From Thermoguttaceae bacterium (GTDB lineage Bacteria > Planctomycetota > Planctomycetia > Pirellulales > Thermoguttaceae): 47,675 nt of DNA. The stretch lies in NCBI GenBank assembly GCA_050014815.1, contig JBEKCP010000001.1, forward strand, positions 1-47,675, written 5' to 3'. A program made the translations under genes and the position numbers. Under the pieces are notes generated by a model, which did not search any database, was not told the origin of the DNA, and worked only from the letters and a program-made list of their open reading frames with translations. Below, piece by piece: positions 23,747 to 31,861 of the stretch; within the stretch, counting starts at the first letter, position 1; each line of letters begins with the position of its first letter.

Positions 23747-26023
23747 TCATGGCTTGTTGACTTCCGGGCTCTGCGAAGACAGGTCGAGGATCATCAGGTA
23801 TCCGTCCAGGCGCCCGCCGGCGAAGCCTTTCTGAACGGGCTCCGACTCGGGCGGAGTGGCAGTCGAGCCCCACACGTCGGCCTTCTCCGCCGCCCCCGAG
23901 AAGAACAGCGCCACGGGCCGGCCGTGGAGCTTGCCCGAAGCCATGCCCCAACCAAGCCGGTTCTCCGAATCGCCCACCAACACGTCGGCGCCGGCGGAGT
24001 TCATGGCGGAGGAGAACCGCAACTTCGTGAAGTCCCGGTCGCAGACCATCACGTATTGGCCCGCCGGGTCCGCCGTGGCAATGTTGTTACTGGTCTGCGT
24101 GAATCCCCAGTAGATGTCGCCGATGAGCAACATGGAGCCGTCGACGGCCTGCTGCACGTCGGTAAAGGCCACGGATGCCTGGCTGGTCCGCGCGGACACC
24201 GACCAGTCTTTTGCCGAGACGCGAAACAGGTATCCCACCGCGCCGGCGCCGCTGCTGCTGGGGTTCCCGAACCCCTTCTTGGCAATCGGTTTCAAGCAGT
24301 CCAGCGGTTCGTGGTTCAGGATCGTGTTGCCGCCGTGCGCCCAGCCAGCCACCAACAGGTCGCCCTGCGGGTCGATGCGAACGCGGTTGATCCCCGAATC
24401 GGCGACGTTCCCCGTGGCCGCGCCGACGAAGGGACCGTCGAAGTGCCACAGCGTCAGCCGCCAGCCGTCCGGCCGGCTGGCGAAGATATAGGGGCAGCGG
24501 TACGGCTCCTGGGCCGTGTTCCACTGGTGCTCGCCGCCGCGGAAGACGGCGCCGTTGCGAGGATCGACCCCGCTGCGTCCGTCCAGTTTGGGGCCCAACT
24601 CGATGCGGCCTTGCTGTTTGCCGTCGGCATCGAGGATGCGCAGGTCCGAGGCGATCCAGGCAATGCGACCGTCCGCAAGCAGCGACACCTCGGGCGGCCG
24701 GATGCCCGCGCCCTCGACCGTCCGCGCCCAGAGCAGGCGCGAGGCGTCGGGCGAGAGCTTCAGCAAGTACGTTGCCTCGAAGCGATCGGGGTGGTCGGAC
24801 GGCGGCCAAGGCTTCGCCGCCGGCGTGGCGGGGGCGGCCGGCGCGGGTGGAGGCGGCAGGGCTTCCGCCGCGAGGCCCGCAAAGCCCTCGCGGCGCGGGC
24901 CGGTCACATAGATATTCCCCGCGGCGTCCAAGGCGACGCCCGTCACGCCGCCCGCCGCCCACGGCAGCCGCGTCGCCGAGCGGATCGACTTCAGGCCGCC
25001 GTCCAAGCGGAGGACGAACGGCGTGCCTTGCGCGTGGCTCCACCGCCATTGCTTCTGACGAGGGTCGCCCTTGTACGGCTCCGGCTCGCCGGGCGCCGGA
25101 CCGTCTTTGCCGAGCACCAGGGTCTTCACCCCGGCGAAGTCCAGGCTGGGGCCAAGGCTCGTGCCCACCGTCACGATGGTATCGTCGGGCTGGATGCCGC
25201 CGCCGACCAGCCACTCGGTGCCCTTGGTGCCCAGACAACCGGCGGAGAGCACCCTCGCGGGATTGGGGCTTTTCAGGAAGGCGGCCGCGCCGGCGGCCTT
25301 GTATTGTTGCCGCCTGTGCTCGGCCCAGATCTTCTTGCCGCCATGCTCTTCCCACCACTGGGCCAACTGCTTGGGCGCCTCGGGCGACGGCTTGACGCCG
25401 CTGGGCACGACGCCGTTGAGCAATTCCAGCAGCCGGGCGTAATGGGCGCGCATCTGGGCCGCGTCGGCCTCGCCCAGTTCCACCTGCCGCGGACGGCCGC
25501 GGGGCCCGCCCTTGAGCGTCAACTTCACCTTTCCGCCCGGCGGCGGCTGCGGATAGTCCAACTCATCCAGCAGGCCATAGAGGAACTCGGCCAGGTTGGA
25601 GCGGTAGGCGGGATTGTTCTTGCGGGCCGCGACCAGCTTTTCCGCGCCGGCATAGCAGCGGTCGAAGTCGTTGCGGACCTGGGCCACCCAGAAGTCCATG
25701 GGCCTTGTCTTCGATCCGGCCAGCTCGATCCAGCGATCGACGGCGGCGGTGTAGACCTGCGGATCGGGGTCTTGGGCATAGACATACTCCAGCAATCCCC
25801 GCCACTTCCGCAGCGTGGCGGCGTCGATCGCACGCAACAAGGCGGCGCGAGCGGCGGCGTCCTGCCCTTCCGACGCCTTCTTCCAGGCGGCGGCCGGGTC
25901 GCCCGGCTCCTTGAATATCTCAAGCTGCGACGGCGCGGGGCGGTCGGCCGCCGCGCAGACGACTGCCGCGGCAAGCAGCCCCAGCAGCGATCCCACGGCC
26001 AATGGATGCAGATTACGAAACAT
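23747..26023 (-). CDS. secreted protein with an N-terminal helical region and a beta-propeller-like domain; distant paralogue of 45573..47201
   Basis: The track ORF is 23747..26212. I prefer ATG 26023 because it gives MFRNLHPLAVGSLLGLLAAAVVCAAA, a clear signal that is shared with the gene starting at 30585. GDLLVAGWAHGGNTI and FTKLRFSSAM align with GNLVVAGWSDGANSV and FKNLMFSSYL of 45573..47201. Confidence 0.8.
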   Translation of the reverse strand: MFRNLHPLAVGSLLGLLAAAVVCAAADRPAPSQLEIFKEPGDPAAAWKKASEGQDAAARAALLRAIDAATLRKWRGLLEYVYAQDPDPQVYTAAVDRWIELAGSKTRPMDFWVAQVRNDFDRCYAGAEKLVAARKNNPAYRSNLAEFLYGLLDELDYPQPPPGGKVKLTLKGGPRGRPRQVELGEADAAQMRAHYARLLELLNGVVPSGVKPSPEAPKQLAQWWEEHGGKKIWAEHRRQQYKAAGAAAFLKSPNPARVLSAGCLGTKGTEWLVGGGIQPDDTIVTVGTSLGPSLDFAGVKTLVLGKDGPAPGEPEPYKGDPRQKQWRWSHAQGTPFVLRLDGGLKSIRSATRLPWAAGGVTGVALDAAGNIYVTGPRREGFAGLAAEALPPPPAPAAPATPAAKPWPPSDHPDRFEATYLLKLSPDASRLLWARTVEGAGIRPPEVSLLADGRIAWIASDLRILDADGKQQGRIELGPKLDGRSGVDPRNGAVFRGGEHQWNTAQEPYRCPYIFASRPDGWRLTLWHFDGPFVGAATGNVADSGINRVRIDPQGDLLVAGWAHGGNTILNHEPLDCLKPIAKKGFGNPSSSGAGAVGYLFRVSAKDWSVSARTSQASVAFTDVQQAVDGSMLLIGDIYWGFTQTSNNIATADPAGQYVMVCDRDFTKLRFSSAMNSAGADVLVGDSENRLGWGMASGKLHGRPVALFFSGAAEKADVWGSTATPPESEPVQKGFAGGRLDGYLMILDLSSQSPEVNKP

Positions 26024-26088
26024 GGTTTTGGGTCTCCCTGGACAATTCATCATGGTTGACGACGATTTTACAGAGGATAGCTCGCCCG

Positions 26089-27447
26089 TCAAGTAGCGTA
26101 CCTTTGCTGCCGCAAAAATTGGAGGAGCAAGCCGCTGACTCTTTCCGGCTGCTCTTGTTGCACCCAGTGCCCGGCCCCGTCCACCAAATGGCAGCCCCGC
26201 ATCGTGGTACATGCACTCCGCTGCATTTTCTCGATGTCACCGGGTTTCTGGTAGATCCCCCAATCGCTCCTTCCCGCGATGAAGCACGATGGCACGTCGA
26301 TCGTGCGTCCGCCGTAGGTTTGCATTTCGGCGGTGAACTTGCCGCTGGTCATGCACCGATACCATTGCAGGCCGCCCTGGAACCCGGTCCGGCCGAACTC
26401 GTCGCCGTACACGCGCAGTTCTTCGTCGGGAAGCCACTTGCACGCGGCGATCTCGGCCGCGGTCGGCATCTGGGCCGCCACGGTCTCGGCCATCCCCTTG
26501 TCGCGGTCCATGACGTAGTAGGTGGGGAGTTTCGCCAACTCGGCGGCGCTCCACGACTTCAGCGGAAAGGGCCGGTTCTGCTTCCAGTCGGCGCTCTTGT
26601 AGTGGAAATACGCGCGGAGGAAGGCGTGGACGCCCTGCGGGCACTTCCACATGTTATCGTTGGCTTCGCGCGTCGAGTAGTACCACTGGTAATGTTTCCG
26701 CGGCCGATCGAGCGCCGCCAATTCGCTGGGGATGTTGATGGGCGCGGGGTCCTGCGGCGCCTCGTTGGCAGTATTGAACGGCAGCGGCGGCGGGCCGGCG
26801 AACGGGGCGCTCATCAGCACCAGGCCGCGGAACACGTCCGGCCGCACCAGCGCGCACCAGGCCGCGACGAACGAGCCGAAGTCATGCCCCACCACCGCCG
26901 CCAGGGAACGGCAGCCGAGCGCCGAGACCAGTCCCAGCGAATCCCTGACCAGGTTGAGCATGCGGAACGAACCGAGGTCGCCGTCATAGTCGCCATCCCA
27001 GCCCGTGGTGCGACCGTAACCCCGCTGGTCGGGAGCGACTACGTGGAACCCGGCCGCGGCGAGCGGCAGCAGCACCTTTCGCCAACTGTACGCAAGCTCC
27101 GGAAAGCCATGCAACAGCAGGACGCAAGGCCGGTCCTTGGCCTCGAAACCGGCCTCGAGCACGTGCATCGTCAGACCGTTGATGTCGCCGACAAAACGGG
27201 AGCGGATGCCGGGCGGAAGAGCCGCCTTCGGGTAAGGGAGCATCTCGCTGGTCTTACCGCCCGTCGGCTCTTCGGAATGGCTCGGCGTTCGACCGCCAGG
27301 CGCGGGTTCAGCGGGCGCATCCGCCGAACGCGCCCGCGTCGCCGTCGCAGCGGCCCCCGCGGCGGCGACAAGACCGCCGATGAACTCGCGGCGCGTGAGA
27401 GTTCCGCGTTGGAATGGCACAAACATATCGCCCACCGACTTATTCAT
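26089..27447 (-). CDS. TAT-signal alpha/beta hydrolase (epoxide-hydrolase / haloalkane-dehalogenase-like)
   Basis: ATG start with GAGGAGGGG upstream. N-terminus MNKSVGDMFVPFQRGTLTRREFIGGLVAAAGAAATATRARSA carries a twin-arginine motif. Hydrolase motifs: VLLLHGFPELAYSWRKV, APDQRGYGRT and VVGHDFGSFVAAW (GHD.G Asp-nucleophile elbow). Confidence 0.85.
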   Translation of the reverse strand: MNKSVGDMFVPFQRGTLTRREFIGGLVAAAGAAATATRARSADAPAEPAPGGRTPSHSEEPTGGKTSEMLPYPKAALPPGIRSRFVGDINGLTMHVLEAGFEAKDRPCVLLLHGFPELAYSWRKVLLPLAAAGFHVVAPDQRGYGRTTGWDGDYDGDLGSFRMLNLVRDSLGLVSALGCRSLAAVVGHDFGSFVAAWCALVRPDVFRGLVLMSAPFAGPPPLPFNTANEAPQDPAPINIPSELAALDRPRKHYQWYYSTREANDNMWKCPQGVHAFLRAYFHYKSADWKQNRPFPLKSWSAAELAKLPTYYVMDRDKGMAETVAAQMPTAAEIAACKWLPDEELRVYGDEFGRTGFQGGLQWYRCMTSGKFTAEMQTYGGRTIDVPSCFIAGRSDWGIYQKPGDIEKMQRSACTTMRGCHLVDGAGHWVQQEQPERVSGLLLQFLRQQRYAT

Positions 27448-27470
27448 AGCCCCTCCTCTTCAGGAGTGGG

Positions 27471-27550
27471 GGAAAGGGGACAGGCACCGTCGCCGCAATG
27501 CGTTTGCCCACCGCCACATCGAGCGTGGCGACGGAGCCAGTCCCCTTTCC
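27471..27550. repeat. palindromic intergenic element, copy 1 (24-nt arms, 32-nt loop)
   Basis: Left arm: GGAAAGGGGACAGGCACCGTCGCC (27471..27494). Right arm: GGCGACGGAGCCAGTCCCCTTTCC (27527..27550). The arms are complementary except for two A/A positions. The core GGGGACAGGCACC...GGAGCCAGTCCCC is shared with 35818..35912. Confidence 0.85.
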
Positions 27551-27567
27551 AATCTTGCGCAGTAGTG

Positions 27568-30500
27568 CTAGTTCGTCGTACGAGTTCTCTCCTCGATTAC
27601 CGCCGCGGCGTGGCGCGCGAAGTGCCCGCGCACGTCCTGGGCGAACTGCCGCAGCGTCTTCTCGCCGAGGCCGCCGTGGTCGCCGCAACGGTACAGCGCA
27701 CGGGCGAGCATCAACTCGCGCAGCGCGGCGCTGCGGGCGGCGTCGCCATCGGTCCGGCTGGTCTCCGGCCGCTCACCCGGCGGGGGAAGCAAAATCGCAT
27801 GGCCGCCGATGCCTTCCTTCGCCAGCACCGCAGCGAGCGCGGGCGCGGCTGCCTTGTCGCCCAACGCCTCCAGGGCCAGCGCGACCGCGCGATGGTGCGA
27901 AAGCTGCTGGCCGGCGTCGAGTTCCGCGGCCTTGTCCAACAGCGGCCGCAGCGCACCAGGGTGCCGCGTGCGGCCCAAGGCGATGATCTTGCTGTCCAAC
28001 GGGCTGATGCTCGCGCCGAACTGGCCCATGCCTTTGAAGTTCCACCCCCGGTCCCACGTGGCGCCGGCAACGGCCTTTGCCAGCACCTCCGCGCCGCTGG
28101 CATCGCCCAACATCCCCAGGACATGGGCGTAAATCAGCTTCGCCTCGCCATCGGCCGACTTCAGGGCATTGCGCAACAGCGGGATCGACTGATCCAGGTG
28201 CGCCAACACGATCTCCAACTCGTTGTAGTTGTTCGCCAGTTGCGCGACCGCCGAGGCGACCGCTGCCGCCGGAAGCGGGAAGGAATCCTTCTGGCCGAGC
28301 ACTTCGGCCGGCAGAAGCCCCTTCTCCACAAGATGCCGCTGCAAGGCGCGGACATCGACCCGCCGCAACGTCGTGCCTTCCTTGGCTGCCGTCGCCGCCG
28401 CGACGCCGATCGCGTAGCCCTGGTTCTGGACGTCGGCCTGCATGCGGATCACCGGCAAGGCGTCGCGCTGGGCGCTCACGGCCAGCCCCGTCACCGCGAT
28501 CCCTTCCAACCCCTTGGGCAAGAGGCAGCGCAGCGGCACCTGGGCCAAGAGCGCCTCCTTGTGCGGCGCCCTCAGGAGGAACAATGGGTGGACCGTGTAA
28601 CCGTGGGTGTCGAAGTTGCTCTTGGCGATCGTGATCGTATCGGGGAACGTCCGCCGCGCGACGATGTCCATGGGCGAGATCTCGATGTCGCCGACGATGC
28701 GGCGGCGTTCGCGGCTGTCGATGAGTTGGGAAACGTCGAAGGCCGACGGATACTTGGCGCGAGCGTAGAGGAAGTGCTGCCACAGGTCCACGGCGTCGGT
28801 CTCGTCGACGAAAAGGTAGTCGGTGTTCGTGTAGCTGGCGCCCAGGTTCCGCGGCGGCAGGCCGGTTCCCTGCACGGCGATTTCCTGCGCGCCGCTGGTG
28901 ACGCACTCCGCGCCGGCCGCAGCGGCGATGTCGGCGCCCCCGGTGGCGTCGATGACGACCTTCGCCAGCACGGCACCGCGTCCGAAGGGCGTGGCGACCA
29001 CGGCGCCGCGCAACTTGCCGCCTTCGACCAGTGCGCCGCAGCCCAGGCACCCGAACCAAATCTCGGTGCCCGCGCGACGGTTCTCGACGCGCCACCACTC
29101 GGCCTTGGCGTTGACGTGGACCAGCGCCCCCATGCCCCGCACGCCGGCGTCGTGTTCGGCGGTGAAGCCGACGCGGTTGCCGAACCAGTACTTGCCGATC
29201 AACCCGTACGTACCGACGCCGCCGAGCATCGGCAGGTATTCGACGAGCAGGGTCTTGGCGCCTTGGCGGCCCGCGCCGATCCCGGCCGGGGCGCCGCCGG
29301 TGCCGCCGCCGATGACCACCACGTCGTACTCGCCCAATACCGGTAGTGCCCTGGCCTCGGCCGGCACGCGCGCGGCTGGTCTGAGCGCCGGGCGAAGTCC
29401 CGCGAGCGACTCGCGCACCTCGACCGCCGACCTTGCCGCGCCGGCGGCGCCGGCCAGGCGCACGCCGCCGGGGGCGGGCAGTTTCTTCGCCTCGTCGGCG
29501 GCCTGGAGGCCGACGCGCTGGCCGAGCGCGATCGCGTTGGCCGCGCGGACCAGTTTGGCCGCCGCCGCGCGGGAAACGTCGGCACAACCGCCGGCGATCC
29601 ACACGCGCGGCACGCCTGCGGGCCGCAGTGCCCCGAGGTCAACCGCCGCCGCGCCGGCGAAATCGCCCGGCTGCGAGACCGCGCCCTGAATGGCGTCGGG
29701 CGGAACCTGGAAGAGCGAGTCCGAGGCCTCGCCCAGGCGGGCATTCCACGTCTTGTCGCGCGCCGCCTGCTCGGCCTCGGCAAACGACCGCCACGAACCG
29801 TCGCGCATCGGCAGTTCCATGGCGCACTCATAGTAATCGAAAGCGACCGCCGCTGCCTTCGCCGGTTTCTCGCGCGGGTTCGCCTTCGCACGGGCCGGCC
29901 CCTTGAGTTTGCGGACCTTGACCCCGTCGGCGTCGATCGGCTGCGCGCTGATGACCACGCGGGTGAATGTCTGCGGGCCGGACGGATAGGGCGAGAACTT
30001 CGCGCCGGCCATCCGCGCGACAACGGCACGCTCGGTGGCATCGACGATCACCTTCGCCCGCACCGCCTGGCGGCCGGAGCGATTCGCCATCACGATGCCC
30101 GCCGGGTTGCCGTCGGCATCGCGGAGCACGTCGGTGGGCAGGCAGCCGGTGAGGAACGTCACCTTGGCCTGCAGGAGCGCGGCATCCAGAGCGGTCTTGA
30201 TCGCCAGCGGCGTCGCCGGGCTGCCGCCGTCGAAAAGCCGCTTCGCCAAGGGCGAGTCGGGCGTTTCCCCCTCGTCGAGCCACAACCGCATCGTGCCGGC
30301 GAGGTCTTCGCCCACGTAGGGGCGCGGCGCGGCCAGGAAGACCGTCGCCCCCCGGCTGGCCGCCGCACAGGCGGCGGCCACGCCGCCGCTGGTGCCGCCC
30401 ACGACCACCACGTCAACGTCGTAGGCCAGAGGCAGTTCGCGGGCCGATTCGAGAAGAGAGGCACAAGGGATTGGGGAATTGGGATTCGGCGACGGCATGG

Positions 30501-30585
30501 GGCGGTCGGCCGCCGCGCCGACGGCTGCCGCGGCAAGCAGCCCCAGCAGCGATCCCACGGCCAATGCACGCAGATTACGAAACAT
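27568..30585 (-). CDS. secreted protein with two tandem FAD-dependent-oxidoreductase (FAD_oxidored-type) modules and C-terminal HEAT-like repeats
   Basis: The track ORF is 27568..30651. I prefer ATG 30585 (MFRNLRALAVGSLLGLLAAAAVGAAA). There are two dinucleotide-binding motifs: DVVVVGGTSGGVAAACAAASRGATV (GGTSGG at 30382..30399) and DVVVIGGGTGGAPAGIGAGRQGAKT (GGGTGG at 29293..29310). Each is followed by its own module end: WIAGGCADVSRAAA..ALGQRVG and GIAVTGLAVSAQRDA...QGYAIGVAAA. The C-terminal stretch HVLGMLGDASGAEVLAKAV / ALGRTRHPGALRPLL / ALEALGDKAAAPALA is HEAT-like. Confidence 0.8.
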   Translation of the reverse strand: MFRNLRALAVGSLLGLLAAAAVGAAADRPMPSPNPNSPIPCASLLESARELPLAYDVDVVVVGGTSGGVAAACAAASRGATVFLAAPRPYVGEDLAGTMRLWLDEGETPDSPLAKRLFDGGSPATPLAIKTALDAALLQAKVTFLTGCLPTDVLRDADGNPAGIVMANRSGRQAVRAKVIVDATERAVVARMAGAKFSPYPSGPQTFTRVVISAQPIDADGVKVRKLKGPARAKANPREKPAKAAAVAFDYYECAMELPMRDGSWRSFAEAEQAARDKTWNARLGEASDSLFQVPPDAIQGAVSQPGDFAGAAAVDLGALRPAGVPRVWIAGGCADVSRAAAAKLVRAANAIALGQRVGLQAADEAKKLPAPGGVRLAGAAGAARSAVEVRESLAGLRPALRPAARVPAEARALPVLGEYDVVVIGGGTGGAPAGIGAGRQGAKTLLVEYLPMLGGVGTYGLIGKYWFGNRVGFTAEHDAGVRGMGALVHVNAKAEWWRVENRRAGTEIWFGCLGCGALVEGGKLRGAVVATPFGRGAVLAKVVIDATGGADIAAAAGAECVTSGAQEIAVQGTGLPPRNLGASYTNTDYLFVDETDAVDLWQHFLYARAKYPSAFDVSQLIDSRERRRIVGDIEISPMDIVARRTFPDTITIAKSNFDTHGYTVHPLFLLRAPHKEALLAQVPLRCLLPKGLEGIAVTGLAVSAQRDALPVIRMQADVQNQGYAIGVAAATAAKEGTTLRRVDVRALQRHLVEKGLLPAEVLGQKDSFPLPAAAVASAVAQLANNYNELEIVLAHLDQSIPLLRNALKSADGEAKLIYAHVLGMLGDASGAEVLAKAVAGATWDRGWNFKGMGQFGASISPLDSKIIALGRTRHPGALRPLLDKAAELDAGQQLSHHRAVALALEALGDKAAAPALAAVLAKEGIGGHAILLPPPGERPETSRTDGDAARSAALRELMLARALYRCGDHGGLGEKTLRQFAQDVRGHFARHAAAVIEERTRTTN

Positions 30586-30609
30586 GGTTCTGAGTCTCCC
30601 TGAACATAA

Positions 30610-30657
30610 GTGCTGGGGCGGGATCGTGTTCCAGGCGAACGGCAGCGGCATGTTGAG
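30610..30657 (-). pseudogene. 48-nt relic of an AlgJ/AlgX-like gene 3' region in the leader of the FAD gene
   Basis: It translates as LNMPLPFAWNTIPPQH, compared with INMPLAFGSNTIPPEH of the CDS at 38611..39612 (coordinates 38707..38754). By hand alignment 40 of 48 nt are identical. An in-frame TGA lies just upstream and no further ORF follows. Confidence 0.4.
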
Positions 30658-30688
30658 ACCGTGAGATCAGCGGACCAGTATTCCGCAG

Positions 30689-31807
30689 CTACACGTACTC
30701 CCAATTCTTCAGCCACTGGTAATTCCCGGGCAGGTTGGCCCAGGCGTGGTCCATGGCGCGGTCCAGCTCGGCCCTCTCTTCCTTGTCCAACTCGCGGCGC
30801 TCCTTTACAGCCAGGGCGATGTTATCGACCTGCTCCACGGTAATCATGCCCGGTATCGGCGCGGTGATCGCCGGGTTGCAGAGGATGTAGCGGATGGCCA
30901 GCCGGGCGATCCGGTTGTCCTCTTCCCGATGCGGACTGTCGGGGGAGCTGTCGCCCTTGAACGCCGATCCGCTGGCGAACGGCTTGATGCCGAAGAAACC
31001 GCAGTTGCACTTGCGCACGCTGTCGAAGAAGCTGTCCTTTGCCAGGACCTTGCTCTTGGCGGTGTAAGGGGTGACGACCGCGTCGATCTGGTCGGGGAAC
31101 TTCTCGATCATGTAGCTCAGCCAGACCCGGTCGTGCGACGAGACGCCGGTCTTCCGCGCCTTGCCCGATTTCTTCGCCTTGTCCAGCGCGGCGGCGATCC
31201 CTTCGGATTCGGCCGGGGTGTGGGTCATAATGTACTGGCCGTCCGGTCCCCGCTTGCCGTCGACGCAGCAGGTGATGCGCCACAGGTCAACGTATTCCTC
31301 CTGGCACTGCTTCATGCCTTCTTCGAGGGTCGGCAGGAGGGCCTCGGGGGTGCGGCGGTCGGCGCGGCGGGCCTCGTTTTCGTACCAGGACCAGCCCAGG
31401 TGCATCTTATCGCGGCGCCCCTTCAACGCCTTGCTGTAGGCCTGGATCTCGCCGTGCGTGCAGGCGTCGATGTAGTTGATGCCCCGCTCCATGCAACGGG
31501 TGACAACCTCGTAACGGTTCTTCTGGAAATCGGGCCGCGCGACGTTGCCGCCGTAGTCGCCGATGCCTTGCCCGCCGATGATCTTCACGATCCGTTTCCA
31601 GTGCCCGCCCAGGCACACCGCCGAGACCATCCAGCCGGTCTTGCCGCAGAGGCGGTACTCCATGTCCGGGTTGTAGTTGATGATCTTGTTCGTGTCGGCG
31701 GCCTGGGCGTTGCCGACCTGAACGAAGGACAGGCCGGCGGCCAGGGCGGCCGCGCCCGCGGCCGTATCTCGCACAAACTCGCGACGGGTAACTCGCTGCT
31801 GGGTCAT
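30689..31807 (-). CDS. TAT-signal aldo/keto reductase family protein
   Basis: ATG start with AGGAGGAA upstream. N-terminus MTQQRVTRREFVRDTAAGAAALAAGLSFVQVGNAQA. AKR-like stretches: GINYIDACTHGE, GVSSHD, FGIKPFASG, PIPGMITVEQVDNIALA. Confidence 0.75.
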   Translation of the reverse strand: MTQQRVTRREFVRDTAAGAAALAAGLSFVQVGNAQAADTNKIINYNPDMEYRLCGKTGWMVSAVCLGGHWKRIVKIIGGQGIGDYGGNVARPDFQKNRYEVVTRCMERGINYIDACTHGEIQAYSKALKGRRDKMHLGWSWYENEARRADRRTPEALLPTLEEGMKQCQEEYVDLWRITCCVDGKRGPDGQYIMTHTPAESEGIAAALDKAKKSGKARKTGVSSHDRVWLSYMIEKFPDQIDAVVTPYTAKSKVLAKDSFFDSVRKCNCGFFGIKPFASGSAFKGDSSPDSPHREEDNRIARLAIRYILCNPAITAPIPGMITVEQVDNIALAVKERRELDKEERAELDRAMDHAWANLPGNYQWLKNWEYV

Positions 31808-31861
31808 TCTATTCCTCCTGGTTCGCGTGGGGTGAATGCGTGTCCGGTTGCGGCTCCCGCA

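Noticed and set aside
26002-29346. Very long + strand ORFs: 26002..29346 (1114 aa), 6868..9678 (936 aa), 23735..26059 (774 aa), 39555..41843 (762 aa), 30746..32674 (642 aa), 35987..37768, 34392..36023, 42437..44056 and 10248..11837.
   Set aside because: Each lies antisense to a minus-strand ORF that carries recognisable domains, signal peptides and RBS-like sequences. Their products are R/G/A/D/V/H/P-rich low-complexity strings with no motifs. Such stop-free shadow frames are expected in 65-70% GC DNA.
27773-29602. Same-strand alternative-frame ORFs: 27773..29602 (609 aa), 7091..8695 (534 aa), 24087..25358, 32756..33832, 44041..45450, 36048..37019 and 5434..6267.
   Set aside because: They overlap the domain-bearing frames out of frame and translate to Arg/Gly/Pro-rich sequences without motifs. 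They are frame-shadow artefacts of high GC.
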